Positions 50,474-63,055 of a DNA stretch of 64,000 bases are shown here, in pieces. The DNA is from Centroscyllium fabricii (lineage: Eukaryota), in the NCBI GenBank assembly GCA_051313645.2, contig JBNRSN020000005.1:167958001-168022000 (forward strand). The letters are read 5' to 3'. A program made the translations under genes and the position numbers. The notes below the pieces were generated by a model. That model saw only the letters and a list, made by a program, of their open reading frames with translations, was not told where the DNA came from and did not search any database. Each line of letters begins with the position of its first letter. Positions within the stretch are counted from its first letter, which is position 1.

Positions 50474-51253
50474 ATTGTTCATAAATATTATAAGAGGATA
50501 GTCCCATTATTATCAAATTCACTGATAATAGCAACCTATGTGGGCCAGCTGGACAGTGCATGGAATTGTAAGTATTTAATGACATTTGGACAAATTCACC
50601 AGATGGCTTCCATGATTGAATTTAAAGTGAAAAATATACGACAATGCATTTTGATCTAGGAAATACAAATGCACAATGGATGAATCACTATCAACAAAGA
50701 AAAGAAAATGGTGTAATTAACAATCACACATCAAAGGAACCAATTTTAGCTCCAGGTGGATTCTTTGCTCTAGCCTGAGATAAAATTACAGTCGGGTCTC
50801 AATGAGGCCTTTGGGCCGCAACATGCATAAGAAGGACCCTGTTGGCTCCATCAATGTGTCCTTGCTGCCTGCTCAGGAGAGTAGGTTAAAATTGAAGATG
50901 TTGAAATCGTGGCGACTTTCAGACAGGTAAGAGCCATGGCGATTGTAACTGCCCACCCACCAGGTTTCTGCTGAGGCAATAGTGTTAAAATCGCCCAAAG
51001 GTATCCAGCCAATGCAAAGCTACCTAAAAAAGGTCAACCATGTTCTGAGATACATCTCAAGTAAATATGATTATAAATCACGAGAGGTGATGTTAATAAT
51101 TTAAAAATAATTAATGCCATATTTAGAATACCATGTACAATTTTTGTCACTTTTGCTACAAGACATTACTGCATTGAAGAGGGTTCAGAGAAGAATCAAA
51201 TGTTAAGTTATGAATAGAGGTTCACAAAATTGGACTTATTCTCATTGGAACTA

Positions 51254-51680
51254 AGAAAGAAAAAACTTGCATTTATGTAATGCCTTTCACGACCTCAGCA
51301 CGTCCCCACAGTGTTTCACAGCCAATGAAGTAATTTTGAAGTGTAATCACTATTGTAATACAGGAAATGTGGCAGACAACTTGTGCACAGCAAGGTCACG
51401 CGACAGCAAAGAAATAAATGACCTGATAATCAGTTTTAGTGACGTTAGTTGAGGGATAAATAATGACGAAGACACCAAGGAGAACTCCCCTTCTCTTTGA
51501 ATATCACCATGGGATTTTTATGTCCACCTGAGAGGGAAGACAGGGCCTTAATTTAATGTCCTCTGACAGTGCAATATTCCCTCAGTACTGCACTGAAGTG
51601 TAAACCTAGATTATGTGCTCACTGGAGTGGGACTTGAACCCACAACTTCATAGATGAGAGTGCTACCACTCAGCCAAGAT
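51254..51680 (-). mobile_element. Deu-type SINE inserted in an old CR1 fragment (~50990-51930)
   Basis: ttgcatttatgtaatgcctttcacgacctcag...gagtgggacttgaacccacaac. Confidence 0.8.
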
Positions 51681-52823
51681 TGAGAGATGACCAAAATCTG
51701 CATCCTTAAAATGCTAAAAGGCATCTGAGTAGGTTAAGATTGCAGCGCTACAGGATATGAGTGAAAAATTGGCAAACATCATGTAAGATTAGAGATCAGA
51801 AAAATGTTTTTTTTCCCACTGCGTAGTAAATAGTTGGAAATGATTGCTATGTTCATGAACTCTTTAAAAAAGCAGCTGGATAAATATCTGTCTATGAAAG
51901 GAATTGGAGGTTATACGGATGTATATAGATATATGGATGATCAAATACTCTCTGGACCAATATGGCACCAGCCCTGTTCCAACCATAGAAGTGCCATCTG
52001 TGAACTGCAACACATCAGAGTGAATAATGTTGGATTGCTATCCCACAGTTTTACATTTAATTGCCTTGGGGACCTGGGAGGAATTTCACAGAGTGTTCCA
52101 TTCCTGAAGCTATTTGCTTACATCAGAAATAAAGTATGTTCGGGGCAATCCATGACGGTAAAAATTGGACATGATTTGATAGAAAGAGCAGGCTTGATAG
52201 GCCATTAGGCCTTTTAAAAAAAACTTACGTTCCTCACTTCTTAAGAAGTTTTCCACTGGCCCATGTCTAGCTGCAGTTACTTCGGTCTTATTCCAATTTA
52301 AAGGTCTCAGTAGCAATTAGAGGGAACTGCAACATCATGTTAACACATCAGCTAACAAGTGGGACTCGCAAGGGATGATTCTAATAGTTACATAGGAATT
52401 GGAATCCCACTGCATAAAATTACACATTTTGTTTCCAATAGTCCTGGCTCCTATTCCTTCATCGCTTATTCCTGGTAACTAAACATTCTAAAACAATAAA
52501 GCAAATATGAATTATGTGCTGATATTTCTTTCCTCTAGTCAATTGCTTTCAACAAAGATGACAGAATCCAGAGATCTTTTACCTGCATGGAGATTGAGGA
52601 TTTTTAAAATTTGCTCCTGCGATGTGGGTGTTGCTGGCTGGGCCAGCATTTATTGCCCATCACTAATTGCCTTGAAGGGGCTTGCTAGGCCATTTCAGTG
52701 AAGAATCAACCACATTGTTGTGGATCTAGAGTTACATATAGACCAGATTTCCTTTCTTAAAGGACATTAATGAACCAGATGGGTTTTTATGAACAGTAGT
52801 TTCATGGTCAGCATTATTGATAG

Positions 52824-55800
52824 TATTGTATCTAAGTCTTTCTACTTAAACACAAAGAGAATTCAAACTACCAAGCTGTAAAATGCTGTTTAATTTAATC
52901 AACAGTTAAAAGAGAAAGTGAAAGTAAATGTAAAAGAACCTCATGGCTGTGCAGTGCTGTAGCAGCGCCACCACAGGTGGGAGGATAACACATACATACA
53001 CATCATACATAACATATTCCTCCCCCTTAAATAAAATGTTCCCATTATTCCTCAACAAGTAAAGTACTTCCAATGCACTCAACTAACTAAGGGTAGAGGT
53101 AGACTGCCTCAAACACTGACTTTACCCTGGGGTTTATTCTGCCCATTCTTGTGGGTAAGTCGCTAAGCCTACATATCCAAGCGTCTTGGAGGCCAACGCT
53201 GTCTGACAGGATACCGGCGGGCAACGCTGGCTTCAACAGCAATAGACATTGACACAGGACTGGATGGAGAAGGTGCCTGTGTTAGTCGAAAGTCAGGAGT
53301 TTGTACAGGTGGAACACTCTCTTTGACTTCCTGTGTTGGAGAAGAGCACTGTGCAGAAGGATGCTGGTTTGCGGTGTCATCCGGAAACAGTTTAGGCCGA
53401 TCAGCCTTTGGAGCCTCGGTGGCTGTCTCTGCTCCTAGCAACAGTTGATCAGTGCGTCTTCTCCAGATAACGTCCTCAGCAGTCTCAACCGTGTATGACA
53501 CAGGGCCTGTCTGCGCGATCACCGTAGCAGGAACCCATTTCGGTCCAGTGTTGTAGTTTCAAGCTAGGACTTCTCTCCAGGATGAATCCGTCTCTCATTG
53601 GCTCTTATCTCCCTTCTTTCAACTTACATAGATACATAGATACATAGATGATAGGAGCAGGAGTAGGCCATTCGGCCCTTCGAGCCTGCTCCGCCATTCA
53701 ATGAGATCATGGCTGATCCTTCAGTTCAGTATCCCGTCCCTGCCTTCTCTCCGTAACCTTTAACCCCTTTTGCCTGCAGAAATATATCTAATTCCCTCTT
53801 AAATATATTCAATGAGCTGGCGTCCACTGCCCTCTGTGGTAGTGAGTTCCACAGGTTCACCACTCTCTGGGTGAAGAAATTCCTCCTCATCTCTGTCCTA
53901 AATGGTTTAGCCCTTATCCAACAACTTGAGGTTGTTGTTGACGTTGGACAACCTGCTCTGTCCTGGGAGGTTTGAGTAAGTCAAAACTTGTCCGCAAATG
54001 CCTCTTCATCATGAGCGACGCGGGGGAAGTTTTGGTTGTGGCATGCGGCTCGTTCCTGTAGGACAACAGGAATCGGTTCAGACATTGGTGGATTGAGCCC
54101 TGTCCTTGCAATGCCTTCAAGGCGTGCTTCAAGGTTTGCACGAACCATTCTGCCAGGCCATTAGTAGTGGGATGGTAGGGCGCAGACCTGATGTGTTGGA
54201 TACCATTCACTTGCAGGAAAGTTTCAAAGTCCTGTGACGCAAATCGTGAACCGTTGTCAATTATGAGTTGCTCTGGTGAGCCATAACGGCTGAACATCTC
54301 ACCGAGTTTCTCAATTCTTTTCTCTGCCGTGGTAGACCTCATCACAGCGACCTCCGGCCACTTGTTACAAGCATCCACAACCACCATAAACATCTTCTCT
54401 TCGAAAGGACCGGCGGAGTCCACATGTACGCACTGCCACATTTCTTCAGGCCAATCCCAGGGGTGTAAGGGTGCCAGCTGTGGAACATTTGACACGGGGA
54501 ACATGTTTTGGCCTTCTCCTCGATGCTTCCATTGAGGCTCGGCCAGCAGAAGTAGCTTCTGGCCATTTCCTTCATCTGAACCATTCCACTGTGGCCTGCA
54601 TGAAGTTGTTGCAGTACAGTTTCCCTCAGAGGTAGTGGAATGATGACACAGTGTCCCCAGAGAAGACAACCTGCCTGGACGGAGAGCTCATTTCTTTTTG
54701 AAACGTAAGGTTTTGACTGAGGAGAATCTCCTATAGCTCTCCCTCGAATGACATCGTCCATTACCTCAGACAGAACTGGATCATTGCAGGTGTGCCTTCG
54801 CACCTGGGCTGCAGTGACAGGTGCTCCCTCAACTTGTCTGAAGTAGAAGATGTCTATCTGATGAGGCTCTGGGTGAGTACCAGGCAAGGGCAACCTCGAG
54901 AGACCGTCTGTGTTGCCGTGCAATCCTAATTTACGATATTTGATTTCGTATGTGTGTCCTGACAACAGCAAAGCCTACCTTTGCATCCTGCTTACAGCGA
55001 GAGACGGAATTCCGGTGTGGGGCCCAAAGAATGATGTCAAGGGACGATGGTTCGTCAGGAGTGTGAACCTTCTCCCAAACAAGTACTGATGAAATTTTCG
55101 AATTCCAAAAACGATTCCCAATGCCTCGCGTTCAATCTGTGCATAGTTACTCTCAGCCTTGTTCAAGGTGCGTGATGCGAAGGCGATAGGTTGCTCTTCA
55201 CCAGAAGGCATGATGTGGGATATGACTGTCCCACCCCATATGGTGATGCATCACATGCTAGCTGCAAGGGTAGCTTTGGATTGAAGTGTGTCAGGACCTT
55301 CGACTTCAGCAATGCTTTCTTTACTTGGGCGAAGGTTTCATTGCATAGCGCAGTCCATTTCCATGTTTTGCCTTGACATAGCAACTGGTGTAATGGCTTC
55401 AGCAATGTTGCTAAGTTTGGAATAAACTTTCCATAATAGTTAAGTAGCCCCAGGAATGAACGTAACTGGCTCACATTCTGGGTTGCTGGGGCCTCCACGA
55501 TCACCTTGACCTTTGATGGCGCCTTGTGCAGGCCGGTAGCGTCAATCACATGCCCCAGGTACTCAACAGAAGACTGAAAGAATTCACATGTGTCCTTACG
55601 AACTCTGAGTCCGTACTCTTTCAGTCGCTGTAGTGTCGCATTAAAGTTCAGAAGATGATCCTCCTCATTCATTCCAGTGACAAGGATGTCATCCAGGTAG
55701 CACTGGACTCCTGGCAGTCCACTCAAAATTTGGTCCATTGCCCTTTGGAATAGAGCAGGGGCCAACGTAATTCCAAATGGAAGGTGGCAGTACCTGTATA

Positions 55801-57149
55801 GCCCCTTGTGTGTCACAATTGTCAGCAGCTCCTTTGATTTGTCATCTACATGCATTTGTAGATAAGCCTGGCATAAGTCGATTTTGCTGAACTTTTGCCC
55901 TCCAGCCTTGCCCATAAAGAGATCACCAATGAGGGGAAGAGGGTACTGTTCCGCCAGCAGCGCCGAGTTAATAGTCACTTTAAAATCCCCGCAGATTCGA
56001 ATAGTTCCATCCTTTTTTAGGACAGGAACAATGGGTGTAGCCCATTTGCTCATGCTCACAGACTCTAGGACTCACTTCTCGACTAAGGCCTCCAAGTTAG
56101 CCTCAGCTTTTGGCCTAATTGCATAGGGTACAGGTCGGGCTTTGGTGAAACTTCGGCTTGCTGTCAGGTTTAATGTCCAGTCTCACGCTGATCTTTTCCA
56201 TGCTCCCAAGTTCCCAATTGAAGAGTTCTGCATGTTTGTTTGAAACTGCAGTCAGACCTGACTCCCGTTTTGACATCATGCGGACTGCAGGCCAGTCCAG
56301 CGTGCTTTTCTCTAGCCACGCATGTCCCAGTAGAGATGGGTAATTTCCCTTTACCACATATAGTGGCAGTTTCGCAGTCTGTCCATTCAAATTAACTGTC
56401 ACCTCCATGACACCTCTCATGGCCACCGGTTCACCATTATACGTCTTTAATAAAATGTTTGTTGGCTGAAGGGTAATGTGCTTTAGCATTTTGTTGTAGA
56501 CAGTGTCTGAAACAAGGGACACCTCCATCTGCACTGATTTTCCCTCCACCAGCGGTGACACCCAGAAACCATTTGGGCCGCCTGCAACCGTCAGTATGTG
56601 CACCTCCTCATCTTCAGAGGTGTCGCTCCCCTCTGCTTTGCTTATTCCGTCATGCTGCACTGAATGAACACTCTTTTACTTCTTTTGTCCAAATGTAGAT
56701 ATTTTGTTTTCGTGCTCCCCAGCTCTGTCTGTTCCTTTTTTACCGCTACAGGCATGTTTGATATGATCCTTTTTGCCACCGTTTCGGCATTCGAGCTCCA
56801 TACACCAGCAGTCATTAGCGTAATGGCCCGTTTTCCCACAGCGGTAACATGTGCCGTTCCGCACTCTTTTAGGCTCCGTCGACACCTTGTGACCTCTCCC
56901 TGTTAAACTAAACTGGTGAGCCTCCTTTTCCGCCATCTCCATGGAGACACTAACTTCAATGGCCTTTTCAAGAGTGAGGTTGTCCTCAGTAAGAAGGCGT
57001 TTCTGTCTGGCTGCACTTTGCAGACCACACACCAATCTGTTTCTAACGGTGTCCTTCAACACTTCGTTGAATTCGCAGTGTTCCGCCAACCTTTTCAAAG
57101 CAGCAATAAACATAGTCACTTTTTCCCCTTCCTCTTGCTTCCGTTTGTG
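52824..57149 (-). mobile_element. 5'-truncated degenerate Mag-like Gypsy (3' LTR ~52824-53014)
   Basis: PPT ttaagggggaggaa; RT KIDLCQAY/YLDD, CDASPYG, IN DNGSRF/NGLAEWFV, NC CYRCGKTGH. Confidence 0.88.
53626..53920 (-). mobile_element. CR1 3' fragment inserted in Gypsy integrase
   Basis: (tatctatg)n tail; TSD caactt. Confidence 0.85.
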
Positions 57150-57282
57150 AAAACTGAGGTCCCCAGTATCACAGATGCCAGTCTTCAGCCCATTCAATTC
57201 ACTCCACGTGATGTCATGAAACAGCTGAAGACACTGGATACTGCAAAGGCTATGGGCCCTGACAACATTCCAGCAATATTAC
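57150..57282 (+). mobile_element. Non-LTR retrotransposon ORF2 fragment
   Basis: EVPSITDASLQPIQFTPRDVMKQLKTLDTAKAMGPDNIP (KAxGPD motif preceding RT). Confidence 0.75.
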
Positions 57283-60200
57283 TGTGGTAACCATAATTGT
57301 CCATAGTTTACCACTACAATATTGGTGCCAATATTGCCATGTATATAGTTGAACATGTTGCGACACTGTCGTGGAGCCAGGTCAGCCACACCTCTAACTC
57401 CTCCCCCAGGTGAGGCCCTTTATAGGTGAGGACTGACCGGGCTCACTCATTCTGTTCCTGTTTGTTCGTCGGAGTATAGCTCCAAAGTAAGTCAATAAAA
57501 GCCTGTAGTTAAGGTCACTACTCGTCTTTGACTTTATTGAGTAAATTGACGATACGGCAATTTTATTGACTTAAAAATTCAAAATGGAGAGTGGTGCGGT
57601 AAAACCAGAGAAGCTGGACATCAGTCCACAGGACCCAGCCGCCGCCACTACCTTCGAACACTGGTTCGGTCTCCTGGAGGCCTACATGGACGCCGCCAAG
57701 GCTACAACCGACGGGAACAAGCTACAGGTTCTCCGGTCTAGGAACTCCAGCCGAGTATTCTCCCTCATCCGGGACGCAAAAACCTACCCAGTGGCAGTGG
57801 AGAAACTGTGAAAATGTTACGAGCGCCCGGTCCACTCGGTCTACGCCAGACATGTGCTCGCGACCAGACCACAACTGCCTGGTGAGTCAAATGAACAATT
57901 CGAGCAGGCACTCCAGGCCCTGGTATGGGTTTGTGGCTGCCAACCACGGACAGCAGAGGAGGAGGCGAAACTCCTCGTCCATGATGCCTACGTAACAGGC
58001 CTAAGGTGCGTTGAGGCCCGCCAGCGGCTGCTAGAGAAAGACTCTTTAACTCTAGAGGAGGCGATCTCCATCGCAAACTCGGTGGAAGGTGCACGCAACA
58101 AGCTGCAGGCGTACAGCGGCACAAACCCGCAGGTCTACGACGCGTGGGCCGCACCACAACGGGCCCAGGCCTCGGCAGCACCACAACGGGCCGAGACCCC
58201 CACGATGGCAGCGACAGCCGCAAAGACGCAGGCTGACAGACGGTGCTACTTCTGCGGCCAGGGATTACATCCACGGGCGAGATGCCCAGCGAAGACCGCG
58301 ACCTGCGAGAGGTGCTCCAAGAAGGGAAACTATGCAAAGGCCTGCAGATCAGCCCCGGCGCCCAACTCCAGGTACAACAGCGCAGCCTGCGAAAGCTCCA
58401 CCAGATCTCAGGTAAGCTGCAATTGCAGCGCGATCCAGCGACGGTCCGGGGGAAGAGGAAAAGCGCCCCCATCTCCCACCCTGATGCGGCAAAGGCCGGC
58501 TGCACCCACGGCATGCCAAGCTCAGCCAAGCACGACCCCCCAATGCCGGCAGCACGCACAACGCGGCCCGCTGCGTGCGAATCACGGGCACCGCCAACCC
58601 AAACACCGCGGCTCGCTGCGTGCGAACCACGGGCACCGCCAACCCAGCCACCGCGGCCCGCTGCGTGCGAACCACGGGCGCTGCCAGCGCGCTCACAGCG
58701 GTCAGCCACGTGCGAACCACGGGCGCCGCCATCTTTTCTCCAATGGCCCGTAATGTGCGACCCCTCGGCGCCGCCATCTTGTCTATAGCGACCCGCCACG
58801 TGCGACCCCCGGCGCCGCCATCTTGTCTCCAGCGGCCCGCCATGTGCGAACCACGGGCGCCGCCATCTTGTGTACAGCCCCAAACAGCAGGGGGCCCACA
58901 CACACAAACACACACTTCGGCCTCAGCCATACCAAAAGTCGACCAGGCTAGGCCGCACAGCCTATCGAACTCGATCATGCCGATCAAAGTTAACGGCCAT
59001 ATCACCAATTGCCTGTTTGACACTGGAAGCACAGAGAGCTTTATCCACCCTGATACAGCGCGGCGCTACGGACTGCAGATCCTGCCCACGCGCTACCAAG
59101 TCTCCCTGGCTTCACAGTCCCACACCGCGGACGTCACCGGCTACTGCTCCGTCACACTCACAGTCAAGGGTTGTGTGTACCGTAACTTTAAGTTGTACAC
59201 CCTCAAGCAGTTGTGTGCCCCAGTGCCACCTCAAGAGCGTGACAATGGAGTTCGGCGGGACCCTGCCCCCCCTCACCGTCAGTAGCCGGGACAGTCCCTT
59301 CCCAAAGCGGAGCCCGGCCTGCGGCCTCTCCACCCTGAAAATCGACCCCCCCCTCACTGTTCGCCAATCTCGACCCCAACTGCAAGCCTATTGCTACCAA
59401 GAGTCGGCGGTATAGTGTGGGGGATCGGACATTTATCAGGTCGGAGGTCGGGCATATGCTGAAGGAGGGGATCATTGAAGCCAGCACCAGCCCCTGGCGG
59501 GCCCAGGTTGTAGTGGTAAAGACTGGCGAGAAACAGCGGCTGGTTATCGATTACAGCCAGACGATTAACCGCTACACCGGGCTCGATGCCTACCCCCTCC
59601 CCCGCATCTCAGACATGGTCAACCAGATCGCCCAATATAAGGTGTTCTCCACGATCGACCTTAAGTCAGCGTATCACCAACTCCCGATCCAGAAAGCCGA
59701 CCGCCCTTACACCGCCTTCGAGGCGAACGGTCGGCTCTACCACTTCCTCCGGATCCCCTTCGGCGTGACCAATGGAGTGTCAGTGTTCCAACGGGAGATG
59801 GACCGCATGGTTGACCAGAATGAGTTGTGGGCCAACTTCCCTTACCTGGACAACGTGACTATCTGCGGCCATGACCAGCAGGACCACGATGCCAATCTGG
59901 CCAAATTCCTTGACACGGCGGAATGGCTGGATCTTACGTATAACAAGGACAAATGTGTCTTTAATACAGATTGGCTCGCCATCCTCGGATACGTGGTGGA
60001 AAACGGGGTCCTCGGCCCCGACCCACAGCGTATGCGCCCATTGCAGGAACTGCCCCTTCCTCACAACCCCAAAGCCTTGAGGAGATGCCTAGGATTTTTC
60101 TCCTACTACGCACAATGGGTCCCACAGTGCGCGGACAAGGCTAGACCACTCCTCAAGGCTGCCGCCTTCCCCCTCTCGGTAGAAGCCCAAACGGCATTCA

Positions 60201-60476
60201 CCCGGATAAAGGAAGACATCATCAAGGCGACCATGCACGCCGTTGATGAATCCATCCCTTTCCAGGTGGAGAGTGCTGCTTCAGACTTTGCCCTTGCCGC
60301 CACCCTGAATCAGGCAGGCAGGCCCATAGCGTTCTTCTCCCGCACCCTACAGGGACCCGAAATTCGCCACTCCGCAGTGGAAAAGGAGGCCCAGGACATC
60401 GTGGAGGCCGTGCACTACTGGCGTCATTACCTGGCCGGTTTTACCCTACTCACCGACCAGCGGTCGGTGGCGTTTA
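57283..60476 (+). mobile_element. Gypsy element lacking a tRNA PBS (copy 2), interrupted in RNase H by Harbinger
   Basis: 5' LTR 57283-57559; gag MESGAVKPEKLDISPQD as in copy 1; RT ORF from 59417; frameshifts and stops. Confidence 0.93.
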
Positions 60477-60962
60477 AGGCCCTGTCACACCTAGACGATT
60501 CTGCCTGCGTATGCAAATGAGGCTAAAACGCTGAAATTTTGACACATTTTTCAGAATTCGGTGTGTAGTAGCGTATTTGACGTATGAATAACGTATGCAT
60601 AACGTATTAGTAACGTACATAGAACGCATCATTAACTTACATATAACTTATAACAACGAATGCCTAGCGTGTTGCCGGCGTTCACAACTTATGCCGAACT
60701 ATAGCCTAAATTATGCATAGCGCGCGGCAGCGTTTCGCCGACGATCAAGTTGAGCAAAATCTATGTTTGTTGATAGGTTTTTATTGTTTTATAATTTAAA
60801 TCATGAACAATAATTAACAATAATAAATTCATACACTTTGAAAAAGCTATAATAATATAATGTACATGTACATGGAAAAGTGGATAATTGAAAAAAAGGC
60901 TGATGTTCATTTCAGGAGGAAAGTCTCTTTATTGAATGAACAATGCAGTAATACAAAAATAT

Positions 60963-62449
60963 CTAAATCATCCTATTTTGCCACGGAACTGCGCCAGCTG
61001 GGGAGTTAACCCAGTGCTTGAGGAGATTTCTCTGTTTCCTTCCGTCCTTGGAGGCAGTGTTGGGGCCAGTAGCTGTCTGTGTATCCTGCAGCTGATGTCC
61101 CTGTCGCCATGCTCCTGGAACAAGGTCGCGGTTCTCATTCTCTGCCTGGTCAAGCTGCTGGTTCTGCAGTCCTGGGTACCTGGAATTTGAATTTGATTTT
61201 ATTTACTTATAAAGCGCACCTATAATGAAAACATATATTCTAATGCGCTGTTCATTAAAAAGTAATATAATGATACATGTAAAATTTAAGGTCAATCATA
61301 TAATGTTTATAAGCATAGGCTAAAAGTTAAATTTCATTGTATACTGTATAATATATGCTATGTAAAGATGAATTACCTGGTCCTCATGAGGTTGTGCAGG
61401 ATCAAGCATGCTTTGACAATGAGCTTGACAGTGGAGGGGTGATGCTGCATGGTACTTAGCAGAACCTGGAATCTGTTAGCCAGGATGCCGAATGCATTTT
61501 CTACTACCCTTCTTGCTCGGCTAAGCCTGTAGTTGAAGATGCGTTCTTCATTCGTCAGACCACGGAGGCTGAATGGCTTCATCATGGTTGGTCGTAAGGC
61601 GAAGGCATCGTCACCGATAAAGAAGTAAGGCACGTCCTGGTTGTTGTAGGGAAGAGGCTCAGGGTCAGTGAAACCAAGGGTACCGTCTTCAGCGCATTCC
61701 TTCAGCTCAGAGTCATTGTATATCTGCGCATCTGATGCAGATCCAGTACCGCCGACATCTGCCCAAATAAATTTGTAGTCAGCATCCACAAGCGCCATCA
61801 GAACAATGGAGTAGAATCCTTTGTAATTGTAGTACTGTGACCCAGTCTTTGGAGGACAGCGGCAGGCCACGTGCTTCCCGTCAAGTGCCCCACATGTATG
61901 GGGAAAGTTCCATCGTTGGAAGAACTTGTCAGCTATGGCGCGCCAACCATCAGGAGTACTTGGGCAAACCATCACCTCATCCACGTATTCGTCAACAATG
62001 GCTTGACAGACTTCTCTGACCAGTATGGACTGGGTGTTGTGAGGGACCCTCCATGCGAACTTCATCGATGCATACTTGTTTCCAGAGGCAAGGTGACGCA
62101 AAGTCAGTGCCAGCTTCATGCCAGGCTCAAGCGGTTCCCTGTAGAAGGTGTACTGCTTGGTTATCCTTGGACCCACTCTGGCTAGCAGCTCTTCGAACAT
62201 CACTGGGGGCATACGCAGGAAGTTGGTGAAGGATGCATGGTCCTCGTTACGGAGTTCCGCCATGAGCTGGTCATACATGCCAAACTGCCGTCGCCTCCCG
62301 ATCCATGGTCTCACCCAGTTCCTTCTCCTCCGTTCAGCTAATCGTCTCTTGGCTCTTTTGGCACGCCTCTGGTGCAGTGTCAATTCGATGAGTGCTTGTT
62401 GATGTTGTAGGACAGCTAGTAGGTATTCTCGTCTTGCCGGATCCTCCAT
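60963..62449 (-). CDS. Harbinger DDE transposase, 2 exons (62449-61377, 61179-60963), ~429 aa
   Basis: NFLRM, LALTLRHLASG, GALDGKHV, YYNYKGFYS, GSASDAQI, GDDAFAL, FNYRLSRARRVVENAFG; 197-bp GT-AG intron joins in frame to YPGLQNQ...GAVPWQNRMI*. Confidence 0.92.
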
Positions 62450-63055
62450 CTCTAGGATGACATGCACATCTGCTCACCATGGAGTCTGGAACACTGACTG
62501 TTTCCTCTTTTTATATCTCAAATTCCCTTAAAACGCTGCCAATAGGCCATTATACGTTAGCTGTAAGTTAGAAACAGGTTCAGTAAGTTCTGTGGTCGTT
62601 CGGAAGACGTCAAATACGTCAATATGCGTTGGACAGACGTTACACATAAGTTCAAAGCACGTTACTCATACGTTAGACATAAGTAGCGGGTGAAATAATC
62701 ATTATTTAGACATATTGTGATGTCCTCATAGCGTCTTGTACGTATACATAACGTATGTGTAGCGTATTGGAAACGTGCATGGAACGTACCGCGAACCTAT
62801 GAGAAAATTACAAATATTTTTTGGACGTATTCATAACGTACGCATAACGATAGTCTACCGTACTGGACGTATGCATAACGTCTGCCTAGCAGGCGCCGGC
62901 ATGCTGCCGACGATCAGGTGGGGTAGCCTACTCAAAGGCTGTCATTGGAGGATTCAAATCATACCACTAGACTTTTAAGTACAGCTCCCACACTGATTGC
63001 AGTTCTACATGAAAATTTGTTTGGAGAAGTCTGTTTTGTTAGAGGTCTTTTTGAA

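Noticed and set aside
60963-62449. Domesticated host HARBI1 gene
   Set aside because: Inserted at TTA inside a Gypsy, with a TIR-like end, subterminal repeats and a linked MADF gene, so it is a transposon
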